Positions 8,981 to 18,517 of a DNA stretch of 32,000 nucleotides are shown here, one piece after another. The notes beneath the pieces were generated by a model. The model was not told where the DNA came from. It ran no database searches and was given only the letters and a program-made list of their open reading frames with translations. Numbering within the stretch: position 1 is the stretch's first letter; each line of letters starts with the position of its first letter. The stretch comes from Candidatus Electronema halotolerans (GTDB taxonomy: Bacteria > Desulfobacterota > Desulfobulbia > Desulfobulbales > Desulfobulbaceae), in NCBI GenBank assembly GCA_942493095.1, contig OW818675.1:2670001-2702000 (forward strand). Direction: 5' to 3'. Both the position numbers and the translations under genes were made by a program.

Positions 8981-9321
8981 TTAGCTGGCTATTCTGCCAT
9001 GCAGCACCGTCTTCAAATAATCCTGCGCAGCAACAAATTCCGGTTTCCTGCCGTTCATCTTTTTCATCAGCGGCAGCACGGATGCCCATGCAATCAGCAT
9101 ATCGTAATCCCGCAGCACTTCCATGATCATCCGATTCCGTGCGCACTGCTGCCCGACCAGCATCTCTTCCTCCACGCCGAGCAGAATCATGCCGCCTTGG
9201 AAGTTGGTCATTGCCGCGCTATTTTTTTGGCCAGCTGCTCAGGCCGGATGTCATCCCGCTTGAATTCCAGCCCTGAGTTTTCCCCATTGGCAATCAGTTC
9301 AAGCAGTTCTGTCTTCAGCAT
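8981..9321 (-). pseudogene. Decayed Schlafen-like AlbA_2 / RecG-like regulator
   Basis: From ATG 9321: MLKTELLELIANGENSGLEFKRDDIRPEQLAKKIA, then a frameshift into MTNFQGGMILLGVEE. The sequence then jumps to a typical C-terminal end, IMEVLRDYDMLI...MNGRKPEFVAAQDYLKTVLHG, implying an internal deletion. Confidence 0.75.
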
Positions 9322-10634
9322 GATTCGTGCCTCTCCAGCAACGCCACCGTCTCAATATGGTTAGTCTGGGGAAACATGTCGAGCGGCTGCAAGGCGGCCA
9401 CCTGAAATCCCTTGCCGCAGAGTACTGCCAGATCACGGGCCAGCGTGACAGGATCGCAGGAAATATAGATGATTTTTTCTGGCCTCAGCTCTGGCAGCAG
9501 GGCTGCGCTTTTGCCAATTCCAGCTCGCGGCGGGTCAAGCAGGATGATGTCCACCCGCTGCTGCTCCTTAACCATCTGCCGCAGGCTGGCGTGAACATCA
9601 GCCGCCTGAAAACGGGCCACAACTCTGGCGGCCTCAGCATTGCGCTTGGCCCAGCGCACACTTTCCGAGCTGCCTTCAATGCCAAAGACCGCAGCACCTG
9701 CCAAGGCTGACGGCACGGAAAAATTGCCCATGCCGCAGTACAAGTCAACAACGCTTTTTCCCTGAAAACTCCCGGCAAACTGTAAAACAAGCTGAATAAG
9801 TTGCTCATTCTGAGCGGGATTGACCTGCGAAAAGCAACCGCCTGACCAAGACAGCGTGCATTTCTGCTCTGACAGGATCATCTGCTGCATCAGCGGGTTG
9901 GCAGTGCCGCTGCGGGAATAGAGATGCTGAAAACCCTTTGCATTGGTGCAGCCAATCTGATCGATGCTGGCGCAGGCGGCCAGCTCCTGCACAACCGCTG
10001 CTGGAAGCCGCTGCCTGTTTTTGAGCGGCAGTACCAAGGTGATGCGTCGGTCCGCAGGCGAGCAATGCAGCTCCAGTTCCTGACAGATTTTCCCCAAACA
10101 ACCCAGCGCAGCAAGCTCGGCCAAGGCAATGTTGATCTCATCAGCCGCTGTCGGACAGGAGCTTATGGCAACAAAGTCATTGCTCTGCTTTTTGAAAAAG
10201 CCGAGCTGCCCGTCTGAGCTGATTTTCAGGCGCAGGCGATGCCGGTACGCCCATTGCTGCGGCGAGGGCAGCACCTCGGCAATGGCAACCGCAGACAGAG
10301 GGACATGCGCCCGCTGCATTGTCTCGGCAACAAGAGCCTGTTTGATCCGCAACTGCTCGGCATGACTGCTGTGCTGCAAATCGCAGCCGCCACATTCGCC
10401 ATAGAACGGACAGCGCGGCCCAATCCGTTCAGCGGAAGGTTCCAGCAGCTCGGCCAGCTCCGCCTCAATATAGCCGGACTTTTGCCGCAGCTCCCGCAAC
10501 GCCACGCGCTCGCCGGGCAGGACAAAGCCGGACATGAGCACCTGTCCGGCTTCTGTGCGGGCCAGCCCTTGGCCGCCCGCGATTATTTTTTCAATGGTGA
10601 CGACGTGCTGCGTCTCCTGAGCTGGCTTGCTCAC
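9315..10634 (-). CDS. rlmD: 23S rRNA (uracil-C5)-methyltransferase, TrmA/RlmD family
   Basis: TRAM-like N-terminus; CPFYGECGGCDLQH Fe-S motif; DLYCGMGNFSVP; IILLDPPRAGIGK; IIYISCDPVTLARDL. Confidence 0.88.
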   Translation of the reverse strand: MSKPAQETQHVVTIEKIIAGGQGLARTEAGQVLMSGFVLPGERVALRELRQKSGYIEAELAELLEPSAERIGPRCPFYGECGGCDLQHSSHAEQLRIKQALVAETMQRAHVPLSAVAIAEVLPSPQQWAYRHRLRLKISSDGQLGFFKKQSNDFVAISSCPTAADEINIALAELAALGCLGKICQELELHCSPADRRITLVLPLKNRQRLPAAVVQELAACASIDQIGCTNAKGFQHLYSRSGTANPLMQQMILSEQKCTLSWSGGCFSQVNPAQNEQLIQLVLQFAGSFQGKSVVDLYCGMGNFSVPSALAGAAVFGIEGSSESVRWAKRNAEAARVVARFQAADVHASLRQMVKEQQRVDIILLDPPRAGIGKSAALLPELRPEKIIYISCDPVTLARDLAVLCGKGFQVAALQPLDMFPQTNHIETVALLERHESC

Positions 10635-10790
10635 GGCTTGGCCGCCATTAGCTGGCCGGGCAGAGAAACAGCCGCATCGTTCTTGCTATGGCTTGACTGT
10701 CTGCGCATGTCCGAATCCTTGCCTCACCAGATGCGCACGAAAGGCAAACAGGAAGACGGTCGCCTGTCCTCCTGTTTGCCGCAGCACGGT

Positions 10791-13700
10791 TTATTCTCCG
10801 AGCAGATGCAGCTCCACCCGCCGGTTTTTCGCCCGGCCTTCCCGGGTGCTGTTGTCCGCAACCGGATTGTCTTGGCCATAGCCTTTGCTGACCATCAGCT
10901 CTCTCCTGATGCCTTGGCTGATCAGGAAATTGCGCACTGCGTCAGCCCGGCGCTGCGAGATGACTTGGTTTCGCTCCGGGCTGCCCACGCTGTCTGTGTA
11001 GCCTGCAACTTCAAACTTCTGCTCCGCCGCTGCCTGCTTGATCAGGGCGGCGGCAGTGGTCAGGCTTTTCCGGGCCTCATCAGTCAGTTCCGCAGTGCCA
11101 AGGGCAAAATTGACCCCGGAAAGCACAATAGCCCTGCTTTCCTCGCAACCCATTTTATTGACCGTTGCCCCGTTCTGCGTTTCCGGGCAGAGATCCTCGC
11201 CGTCAGCCACGCCGTCGCCGTCCTTATCCGCTGCTGGCTCTTGGGCCGCCGGGGCAGCCTGTTCCGGGCTGTCAGTTTGCTCCTGCGATGCCACTGGCTG
11301 CTGCTTGAGCGCATTCAACTCCGCCTGCAACGATTCGATCTGCTTGCGGCTTTCTGTCAGCTCCGTCTTGAGCTGCTCCGAGTCATCCCCCTCCTGAACA
11401 GCGGCGGCTTCAGCACTTTGCGTCACTTGCTCCATTTTGGCCGCAGCCTGCTCAAGAGCGGCGGATTTTTCATCCAGCGCGGTTTTGAGCTGCTCTATTT
11501 CCTGGCGCAGATTTTCTTTAGCCTCAGTCAGCTCAGTCTCTTTTGCGCTCAGATTCTTCTTGAGACCGTCAATCTCCTCCTGCAAGGCCGCCGCATCCTT
11601 GCCTGCCTCCTGCTGGGCCTGCTGCTTCTTCTGCGCTGCAGCAAGCGCGGTCTCAGCTTCAGCTAATTTGCCTTGAACAGTCTTCAGCTCTTCCTGCAAG
11701 GCAGCGGTCTTGCCCTGCTTCTGCGCTTTTGCCAAGGCCGTCTCTTTTTCTGCCAGCGTTTTTTTCAGGCTGTCCAACTCCTGCTGCAAGGCCGTGTTTT
11801 GCCCTTGGTTCTTCTGAGCTTCAGCAAGTGCGGCTTCGCTTTTGGTCAGCTTGGCTTTAACCGTCTTCAGCTCCTCTGCCAAAGCAGCTATTTTTTCTTG
11901 GGCGGCTTTAAGCTGATCAGCTCCTGTCTGCATCTCCACAGACTGCGCTTCCAAAGCAGCTTCCTTTTCCGCCTGACTTTGCTTCAAGGCAGCAACTTCC
12001 TGCTGCAAGGCAGCGAGCTGCTCCTGGCTCTTCTGCGCTTGGGCAAGCTCGGCTTCCCTCTCGGCCAGCTTGTCCTTCACCGCCTGCAGGTCCGCAACTT
12101 GGACTTCCAAATCGGTATTTTTCTTTTTCGCCTCGGCAAGCTGTTCCTTTAAGGGCTGGAGATTGGCCACTTCCGCTTCCAAGGCAGCAACCTGCTCGGC
12201 AGCAGCCTGCACTTTTTCATGCACTGCCTCCAGATCAGCTAATTTTTTCTCCGCTTCCTGCTTCTGCTGCCGGGCCAGATCCAGCTCCTGCTCCATGTCA
12301 GCAGCCTTGCTTTCCAGTGCCGCAGCCTTCTCGTCCGCCGCCGTCAGTTTGCCTTTGATGTCCTCAGCCTGAGCATCAGCATCAGCAAGCTGGCCGCTCC
12401 GCTCTTCCAACTGCTGCGTTGTTGCTGCCAGCTCGTTATTAGCCGTCTCCAGCTCGCCGGTCAGCTTCTCCTGAGCGGCAGTCAGATCAGCAATTTTCTG
12501 AGTCAGCTCCGCAGCCTGCTGTTTTTTTGCCGCAATCTCGGTCTGCAATTTCTCGTTTTCCGCTCTGAGAACGGTGAGCACCTCATCCTTGCCGGTCAGG
12601 CTCTGCTCTAGACCACGCTCTTTTTCCTTTGCTGCGGCAAGACCTTCTTCGGCTGTCTGCAAGGCCGTCTTGGTTTCCGCAAGCTGCTTTTCCAGAGCTG
12701 CGGCAGCATCTGCTTTCTGTTGCAGCTCCTGCCGCAGCTGTTCGGCCTCTTTCTCCTGCACCTTTTTTTCCTGCATCAGTCCGGTCACTTGCGCAACCAA
12801 ATCCTGACCATAGGCCTTGGCCTCGTCAAGCTGCTCGCGGGCCGCCTCCAGATTGGCCTGCCTTTCGGCAATCTGCCCTTTCAGCTCGGCAATCCGCTGC
12901 TCTGAGGGCGCATATTCCTGCTCCTTTTTTTCGCCATAGCTGAACATGGCCTCAGCCTTCATCTGAGCGGCCTTGAGCGACTGCTCCAGCTCCTTGATTT
13001 TGACAGCAGATGCGACCAACAGACTTTTCTGGTTCTCCAGCTTGAGCTGCCGCTCATCAAGCAGGGACTGGAGCTTTTGCTGCTTGCCGCTGACTTCCTG
13101 CGCATGCTTCTCTGCCGCCGCCTTGGCGATTGCGCCCTGCTCCAGCACTTTTTCCAGCTCGGCGATTTTTGTCTTGGCCGCATCGGCCTGCGACTTGCTC
13201 TCCGCAGCCTGCTTCTTCTGCTCGTCAAGCTGGGCAGTCAACTTTTTAACTTCTCCGGCCAGCCGGTGCTGCTCCCCGGAAGTCTGCTTCAGTTTCTGCT
13301 GCAGATCAGCCAGCTCCGCCTGCCGCTGTTTCAGAGCATCCTGCGCATCTGCCCTGCCCTTCTCGGCTGCGGCTAATTTCTGCTTGAGATCAGCAAGTTG
13401 CTTGTCTTTCGCCGCTGCTGTCTGCTGCAAGGCACTGACCTGCTCGGTCAGCTTCTTGCCTGCCGCATCAGCCGCAGCCTGCTGCTGCTTGGCCTCAGCC
13501 AGCAGCTTCTCCTGCTCCGCAGCCTGCTTTTGCAGCTCGGCCAATTGCTTTTCTGCTGCGGCCAGCTTCTGCCCCTGCTCCTTGCCGTAGCTTGCCAAAG
13601 ACTCAGCCTTGAGTTCAGCCTTGCGCCGCGCTTCTTCAAGAGCAGCCTGCGTTTCCTTGTCAGCAGCAAGCTGCGCCGCTGTCTGCTCGACCTGGCGGTT

Positions 13701-16700
13701 CAGCTCAAAAATACGGCTCTCCGCCGCCTGCTGGGCCTGGCGCAGCTTGGCAATCTCCTCCTGCAAGGTCTGCTTCTTCTGATTCTGTTTACCCTTCCCC
13801 TCGGCAAGGCTGCTGGTCAGCTTGCTGATTTCCTTGGTGAGCTGCTGCTTTTCCAGCTCCAGCTTCTGCTGGACAGCCGCCAAGTCCTCCTGCCGCTGTT
13901 CCAGAGCGTCCTGCGCATCTGTTTTGTCCTTCTCGGCTGCGGCAAGCTGCTGCTTGAGATCAGCCAACTGCTTGTCTTTCGCCGCTGCTGTCTGCTGCAG
14001 CGCATTGATCTGTTCAGCCAGCTTCTCCTGCTCCGCAGCCTGCTTTTGCAGCTCGGCCAATTGCTTCTCTGCTGCGGCCAGCTTCTTTTCCTGCTCCTTG
14101 CCGTAGCTTGCCAAAGACTCAGCCTTGAGTTCAGCCTTGCGCCGCGCTTCTTCAAGAGCAGCCTGCGTTTCCTTGTCAGCAGCAAGCTGCGCCGCTGTCT
14201 GCTCGGCCTGGCGGTTCAGCTCAAAAATACGGCTCTCCGCCGCCTGCTGGGCCTGGCGCAGCTTGGCAATCTCCTCCTGCAAGGTCTGCTTCTTCTGATT
14301 CTGTTTACCCTTCCCCTCGGCAAGGCTGCTGGTCAGCTTGCTGATTTCCTCGGTGAGCTGCTGCTTTTCCAGCTCCAGCTTCTGCTGGACAGCCGCCAAG
14401 TCCTCCTGCCGCTGTTCCAGAGCGTCCTGCGCATCTGCCTTGTCCTTCTCCGCTGCGGCAAGCTGCTGCTTCAGATCAGCCAGCTGCTTGTCTTTCGCCG
14501 CTGCTGTCTGCCGCAGGCCATTGATCTGTTCAGCCAGCTTCTTGCCTACAGCCTGCTGCTGCCTAGCCTCAGCCAGCAGCTTCTCCTGCTCCGCAGCCTG
14601 CTTTTGCAGCTCGGCCAATTGCTTTTCCGCTGTGGCCAGCTTCTTTTCCTGCTCCTTGCCGTAGCTTGCCAAAGACTCAGCCTTGAGTTCAGCCTTGCGC
14701 CGCGCTTCTTCAAGAGCAGCCTGCGTGTCCTTGTCAGCAGCAAGCTGCGCCGCTGTCTGCTCGACCTGGCGGTTCAGCTCAAAAATACGGCTCTCCGCTG
14801 CCTGCTGGGCCTGGCGCAGCTTGGCAATTTCCTCCTGCAAGGTCTGCTTCTTCTGATTCTGTTTACCCTTCCCCTCGGCAAGGCTGCTGGTCAACTTGTT
14901 GATTTCCTCGGTGAGCTGCTGCTTTTCCAGCTCCAGCTTCTGCTGGACAGCCGCCAAGTCGTCCTGCCGCTGTTCCAGAGCGTCCTGCGCATCTGTTTTG
15001 TCCTTCTCCGCTGCGGCAAGCTGCTGCTTCAGATCAGCCAGCTGCTTGTCTTTCGCCGCTGCTGTCTGCTGCAGGCCATTGATCTGTTCAGCCAGCTTCT
15101 TGCCTACAGCCTGCTGCTGCCTAGCCTCAGCCAGCAGCTTCTCCTGCTCCGCAGCCTGCTTTTGCAGCTCGGCCAATTGCTTTTCCGCTGTGGCCAGCTT
15201 CTTTTCCTGCTCCTTGCCGTAGCTTGCCAAAGACTCAGCCTTGAGTTCAGCCTTGCGCCGCGCTTCTTCAAGAGCAGCCTGCGTGTCCTTGTCAGCAGCA
15301 AGCTGCGCCGCTGTCTGCTCGACCTGGCGGTTCAGCTCAAAAATACGGCTCTCCGCCGCCTGCTGGGCCTGGCGCAGCTTGGCAATTTTCTCCTGCAAGG
15401 TCTGCTTCTTCTGATTCTGTTTACCCTTCCCCTCGGCAAGGCTGCTGGTCAACTTGTTGATTTCCTCGGTGAGCTGCTGCTTTTCCAGCTCCAGCTTCTG
15501 CTGGACAGCCGCCAAGTCCTCCTGCCGCTGCTCCAGAGCGTCCTGCGCATCTGCCTTGTCCTTCTCCGCTGCGGCAAGCTGCTGCTTCAGATCAGCCAGC
15601 TGCTTGTCTTTCGCCGCTGCCACCTGCTGCAGCGCATTGATCTGTTCAGCCAGCTTCTTGCCTACAGCCTGCTGCTGCCTAGCCTCAGCCAGCAGCTTCT
15701 CCTGCTCCGCAGCCTGCTTTTGCAGCTCGGTCAATTGCTTTTCCGCTGTGGCCAGCTTCTTTTCCTGCTCCTTGCCGTAGCTTGCCAAAGACTCAGCCTT
15801 GAGTTCAGCCTTGCGCCGCGCTTCTTCAAGGGAAGCCTGCGTTTCCTTGTCAGCAGCAAGCTGCGCCGCTGTCTGCTCGGCCTGGCGGTTCAGCTCAAAA
15901 ATACGGCTCTCCGCCGCCTGCTGGGCCTGGCGCAGCTTGGCAATCTCCTCCTGCAAGGTCTGCTTCTTCTGATTCTGTTTACCCTTCCCCTCGGCAAGGC
16001 TGCTGGTCAGCTTGCTGATTTCCTCGGTGAGCTGCTGCTTTTCCAGCTCCAGCTTCTGCTGGACAGCCGCCAAGTCGTCCTGCCGCTGTTCCAGAGCGTC
16101 CTGCGCATCTGCCTTGTCCTTCTCCGCTGCGGCAAGCTGCTGCTTCAGATCAGCCAGCTGCTTGTCTTTCGCCGCTGCCACCTGCTGCAGGCCATTGATC
16201 TGTTCAGCCAGCTTGTCCTGCTCCGCTGCCTGCTTTTGCAGCTCGGCCAATTGCTTTTCCGCTGCGGCCAGCTTCTTTTCCTGCTCCTTGCCGTAGCTCA
16301 TCAGCGACTCAGCCTTGAGTTCAGCCTTGCGCCGCGCTTCTTCAAGGGAAGCCTGCGTTTCCTTGTCAGCAGCAAGCTGCGCCGCTGTCTGCCCGGCCTG
16401 GCGGTTCAAGGCGAAAATGCGGCTCTCCGCAGCCTGCTGGGCCTGCTGGAGCTGCGCAATCTTTTCCTGCAAGGACTGCTTGGTCTGATTTTGCTGATTC
16501 TTTTGTTGGGCAAGGCTGTCAGTCAGTTTGCTGATTTTTTGAGTAAGCTGCTGCTTCTCCTGCGCCAGCTGCTGCTGGACAGCCGCCAATTCTTCCTGCC
16601 ACTCCTCCAGAGCGGTCTGCGCATCTGTCTTGTCTTTCTCGGCAGCGGCAAGCTGCTGCTTGAGACCAGCAAGCTGCTTGTCCTTCTCCGCTGCCGCCTG

Positions 16701-18476
16701 CTGCAAGGCATTGATCTGCGCGGCAAGTTTTTTGCCAGCCGCTTCAGCCTCCGCCTGCTGCTGCCGGGCCGTCCGCAGCAGCTTCTCCTGCGCTTGCGCT
16801 TGCTGCTGATACTGGGCCTGCTGCTGTTCCAGGGCAGCCTGTGTATTTTCCTTGTCCTTCTGGACAGCAGCCAGCTGCTGCTTCAGTTCGGCTAGCTGTC
16901 TGCCTTTTTCCACCGCTGTCTGCTGCAAGGCGTTGATCTGCGCAACAAGTTTCTTATCCGCTGCTTCAGTCTGCTTTAGCTTCTGCTGATACTGAGCCTG
17001 CTGCTGTTCCAGGGCAGCCTGTGTATTTTCCTTGTCCTTCTGGACAGCAGCCAGCTGCTGCTTCAATTCAGCCAGCTGTCTGCCTTTTTCCACCGCTGTC
17101 TGCTGCAAGGCATTGATCTGCGCAACAAGTTTCTTATCCGCTGCTTCAGTCTGCTTTAGCTTCTGCTGATACTGAGCCTGCTGCTGTTCCAGTGCAGCCT
17201 GTGTATTTTCCTTGTCCTTCTGGACAGCAGCCAGCCGCTGCTTCAATTCAGCCAGCTGTCTGCCTTTTTCCACTGCTGTCTGCTGCAAGGCGTTGATCTG
17301 CGCAACAAGCTTCTTGCCTGCGGCCTCTGCTTGCGCCTGCTCCTCCTGCAACGCCGCATGCAGAGCTGCTTTTCCTTCCTGTTCTGCCGCTATCTTTCCT
17401 TTCAAATCAGACAACTGCTTATTTTTTCCCGCAACCGTCCGCTGGAGGGCGCTGACCTGTTCAGCTAGCTGCTTGCCAGCTGCTTCCGCCTGCGCCTGCT
17501 GCTGCCGGGTCAGGTGCAGTATTTTTTCCTGCTCCTCAGCCTGCTGCTGCAACTGGGCAAGCTGCTCCTGGGCAGCGGCCAGCTTCTCCTCCTGCTCCTT
17601 GCCATAGCGCATCAAAGCCTCAGACTTGAGTTCGGCCCGATGCAGCTCCTCCTCTACAGCTATCCGTTCCTTTGCCGCCGCAGAAAGTTGCGCCTCGGTC
17701 TGCTGCACTTGGTGCTTGAGTTCAAAGAGACGACCCGCTTCCGCCGTGCTGCTTTGCTGGCGTTCCTCCCGCAGTTTGGCGAGCTGCTCTTCCGCCGCCT
17801 GCACAGCCTGCTTCTGTTCAGCAGTCTTCTGTTCAAAATAAGTTATTTTCGCCTGCAAGTCAGCCGCTGCCGCTTGCTTCTGCTCCAGCTGCTGCCGGGC
17901 TTTCTCCAGCTCCGCATTCAAGCTGTTTTTCGCCTGATTGAGCCGCGCCGCCTCAGCCTGCGAACGGGCCAGATTCGCCTCACTGGCTTTCAGCTTGTCC
18001 AAGAGCTGACGGCTGGCCGCATTTTCACCCTGACTGAGGGCATCAATCTTGTCGTCCGCCTGCACCAGCTTCTTCTGCAAGGTCTTGATTTCGGAATCAT
18101 AATCAGCCTGCATCTGCTGCCATTCAGCCGCGGCCTCCTCCTGCCGGGTCTTCTGGTCGGCAATCTGGGTCTCCAGTTCACTGATTCTGCCACGCAATTG
18201 CAGCGACCACGCTTGTCTCGCCGTTGTCTGATCCTCAGTCAGCTCCTTGCGCAGCCGCCGCACCTCAGCCTTGGCCGCTTCCACCTCCTGCGCAGCTTGC
18301 TGCACTTTCCGCTTGTATTCTTCAGCCTGATTTTGCGGATGGGCGATCACTTCCTGCTTGCTGGCAGCAAGTGCAGCAGTGCCTTTCTTCAGACTGTCAT
18401 TATACGTTGCAAGTGCGATGTACGACAAGGCGACAGCAGCGGCGGCGAGAAGAGCTTTGCGCTTTGTGAATTGCAT
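10791..18476 (-). CDS. Giant (2561 aa) coiled-coil protein with C-terminal OmpA-like peptidoglycan-binding domain
   Basis: N-terminal hydrophobic anchor KALLAAAAVALSYIALA; more than 2,300 aa of Ala/Gln/Glu/Lys/Leu heptad-rich sequence; DKDGDGVADGEDLCPE calcium-loop linker; NFALGTAELTDEARKSL...VAGYTDSVGSPERNQVISQRRADAVRNFLISQGI...GYGQDNPVADNSTREGRAKNRRVEL OmpA domain. Confidence 0.93.
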   Translation of the reverse strand: MQFTKRKALLAAAAVALSYIALATYNDSLKKGTAALAASKQEVIAHPQNQAEEYKRKVQQAAQEVEAAKAEVRRLRKELTEDQTTARQAWSLQLRGRISELETQIADQKTRQEEAAAEWQQMQADYDSEIKTLQKKLVQADDKIDALSQGENAASRQLLDKLKASEANLARSQAEAARLNQAKNSLNAELEKARQQLEQKQAAAADLQAKITYFEQKTAEQKQAVQAAEEQLAKLREERQQSSTAEAGRLFELKHQVQQTEAQLSAAAKERIAVEEELHRAELKSEALMRYGKEQEEKLAAAQEQLAQLQQQAEEQEKILHLTRQQQAQAEAAGKQLAEQVSALQRTVAGKNKQLSDLKGKIAAEQEGKAALHAALQEEQAQAEAAGKKLVAQINALQQTAVEKGRQLAELKQRLAAVQKDKENTQAALEQQQAQYQQKLKQTEAADKKLVAQINALQQTAVEKGRQLAELKQQLAAVQKDKENTQAALEQQQAQYQQKLKQTEAADKKLVAQINALQQTAVEKGRQLAELKQQLAAVQKDKENTQAALEQQQAQYQQQAQAQEKLLRTARQQQAEAEAAGKKLAAQINALQQAAAEKDKQLAGLKQQLAAAEKDKTDAQTALEEWQEELAAVQQQLAQEKQQLTQKISKLTDSLAQQKNQQNQTKQSLQEKIAQLQQAQQAAESRIFALNRQAGQTAAQLAADKETQASLEEARRKAELKAESLMSYGKEQEKKLAAAEKQLAELQKQAAEQDKLAEQINGLQQVAAAKDKQLADLKQQLAAAEKDKADAQDALEQRQDDLAAVQQKLELEKQQLTEEISKLTSSLAEGKGKQNQKKQTLQEEIAKLRQAQQAAESRIFELNRQAEQTAAQLAADKETQASLEEARRKAELKAESLASYGKEQEKKLATAEKQLTELQKQAAEQEKLLAEARQQQAVGKKLAEQINALQQVAAAKDKQLADLKQQLAAAEKDKADAQDALEQRQEDLAAVQQKLELEKQQLTEEINKLTSSLAEGKGKQNQKKQTLQEKIAKLRQAQQAAESRIFELNRQVEQTAAQLAADKDTQAALEEARRKAELKAESLASYGKEQEKKLATAEKQLAELQKQAAEQEKLLAEARQQQAVGKKLAEQINGLQQTAAAKDKQLADLKQQLAAAEKDKTDAQDALEQRQDDLAAVQQKLELEKQQLTEEINKLTSSLAEGKGKQNQKKQTLQEEIAKLRQAQQAAESRIFELNRQVEQTAAQLAADKDTQAALEEARRKAELKAESLASYGKEQEKKLATAEKQLAELQKQAAEQEKLLAEARQQQAVGKKLAEQINGLRQTAAAKDKQLADLKQQLAAAEKDKADAQDALEQRQEDLAAVQQKLELEKQQLTEEISKLTSSLAEGKGKQNQKKQTLQEEIAKLRQAQQAAESRIFELNRQAEQTAAQLAADKETQAALEEARRKAELKAESLASYGKEQEKKLAAAEKQLAELQKQAAEQEKLAEQINALQQTAAAKDKQLADLKQQLAAAEKDKTDAQDALEQRQEDLAAVQQKLELEKQQLTKEISKLTSSLAEGKGKQNQKKQTLQEEIAKLRQAQQAAESRIFELNRQVEQTAAQLAADKETQAALEEARRKAELKAESLASYGKEQGQKLAAAEKQLAELQKQAAEQEKLLAEAKQQQAAADAAGKKLTEQVSALQQTAAAKDKQLADLKQKLAAAEKGRADAQDALKQRQAELADLQQKLKQTSGEQHRLAGEVKKLTAQLDEQKKQAAESKSQADAAKTKIAELEKVLEQGAIAKAAAEKHAQEVSGKQQKLQSLLDERQLKLENQKSLLVASAVKIKELEQSLKAAQMKAEAMFSYGEKKEQEYAPSEQRIAELKGQIAERQANLEAAREQLDEAKAYGQDLVAQVTGLMQEKKVQEKEAEQLRQELQQKADAAAALEKQLAETKTALQTAEEGLAAAKEKERGLEQSLTGKDEVLTVLRAENEKLQTEIAAKKQQAAELTQKIADLTAAQEKLTGELETANNELAATTQQLEERSGQLADADAQAEDIKGKLTAADEKAAALESKAADMEQELDLARQQKQEAEKKLADLEAVHEKVQAAAEQVAALEAEVANLQPLKEQLAEAKKKNTDLEVQVADLQAVKDKLAEREAELAQAQKSQEQLAALQQEVAALKQSQAEKEAALEAQSVEMQTGADQLKAAQEKIAALAEELKTVKAKLTKSEAALAEAQKNQGQNTALQQELDSLKKTLAEKETALAKAQKQGKTAALQEELKTVQGKLAEAETALAAAQKKQQAQQEAGKDAAALQEEIDGLKKNLSAKETELTEAKENLRQEIEQLKTALDEKSAALEQAAAKMEQVTQSAEAAAVQEGDDSEQLKTELTESRKQIESLQAELNALKQQPVASQEQTDSPEQAAPAAQEPAADKDGDGVADGEDLCPETQNGATVNKMGCEESRAIVLSGVNFALGTAELTDEARKSLTTAAALIKQAAAEQKFEVAGYTDSVGSPERNQVISQRRADAVRNFLISQGIRRELMVSKGYGQDNPVADNSTREGRAKNRRVELHLLGE
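13696..16402 (-). repeat. Tandem intragenic repeats of 558 or 516 nt (186 or 172 aa) in the coiled-coil gene
   Basis: Anchor CGGTTCA recurs at + strand 13696, 14212, 14770, 15328, 15886 and 16402. Intervals are 516, 558, 558, 558 and 516; the 42-nt difference is a 14-aa LLAEARQQQAVGKK-type indel. Confidence 0.9.
16780..17320 (-). repeat. 180-nt (60-aa) tandem repeat, about 3 copies, in the coiled-coil gene
   Basis: KKLVAQINALQQTAVEKGRQLAELKQQLAAVQKDKENTQAALEQQQAQYQQKLKQTEAAD repeated. Nucleotide text recurs at exactly 180-nt steps. Confidence 0.9.
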
Positions 18477-18517
18477 GTCAGAAAACTCCCAAATTGCGTT
18501 TGTGTTTTATTATTATG

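Noticed and set aside
10239-11666. 475-aa plus-strand ORF
   Set aside because: It is antisense to the rlmD-like gene and the end of the giant gene, both of which have clear domain support on the minus strand.
13398-16895. 1165-aa plus-strand ORF opposite the giant coiled-coil gene
   Set aside because: It is Leu/Arg/Gln low-complexity (LLLLRSLLLQLGQLLF...) and mirrors the repeats of the minus-strand gene. The coil's biased codon use leaves few antisense stops, and no RBS or domain is seen.
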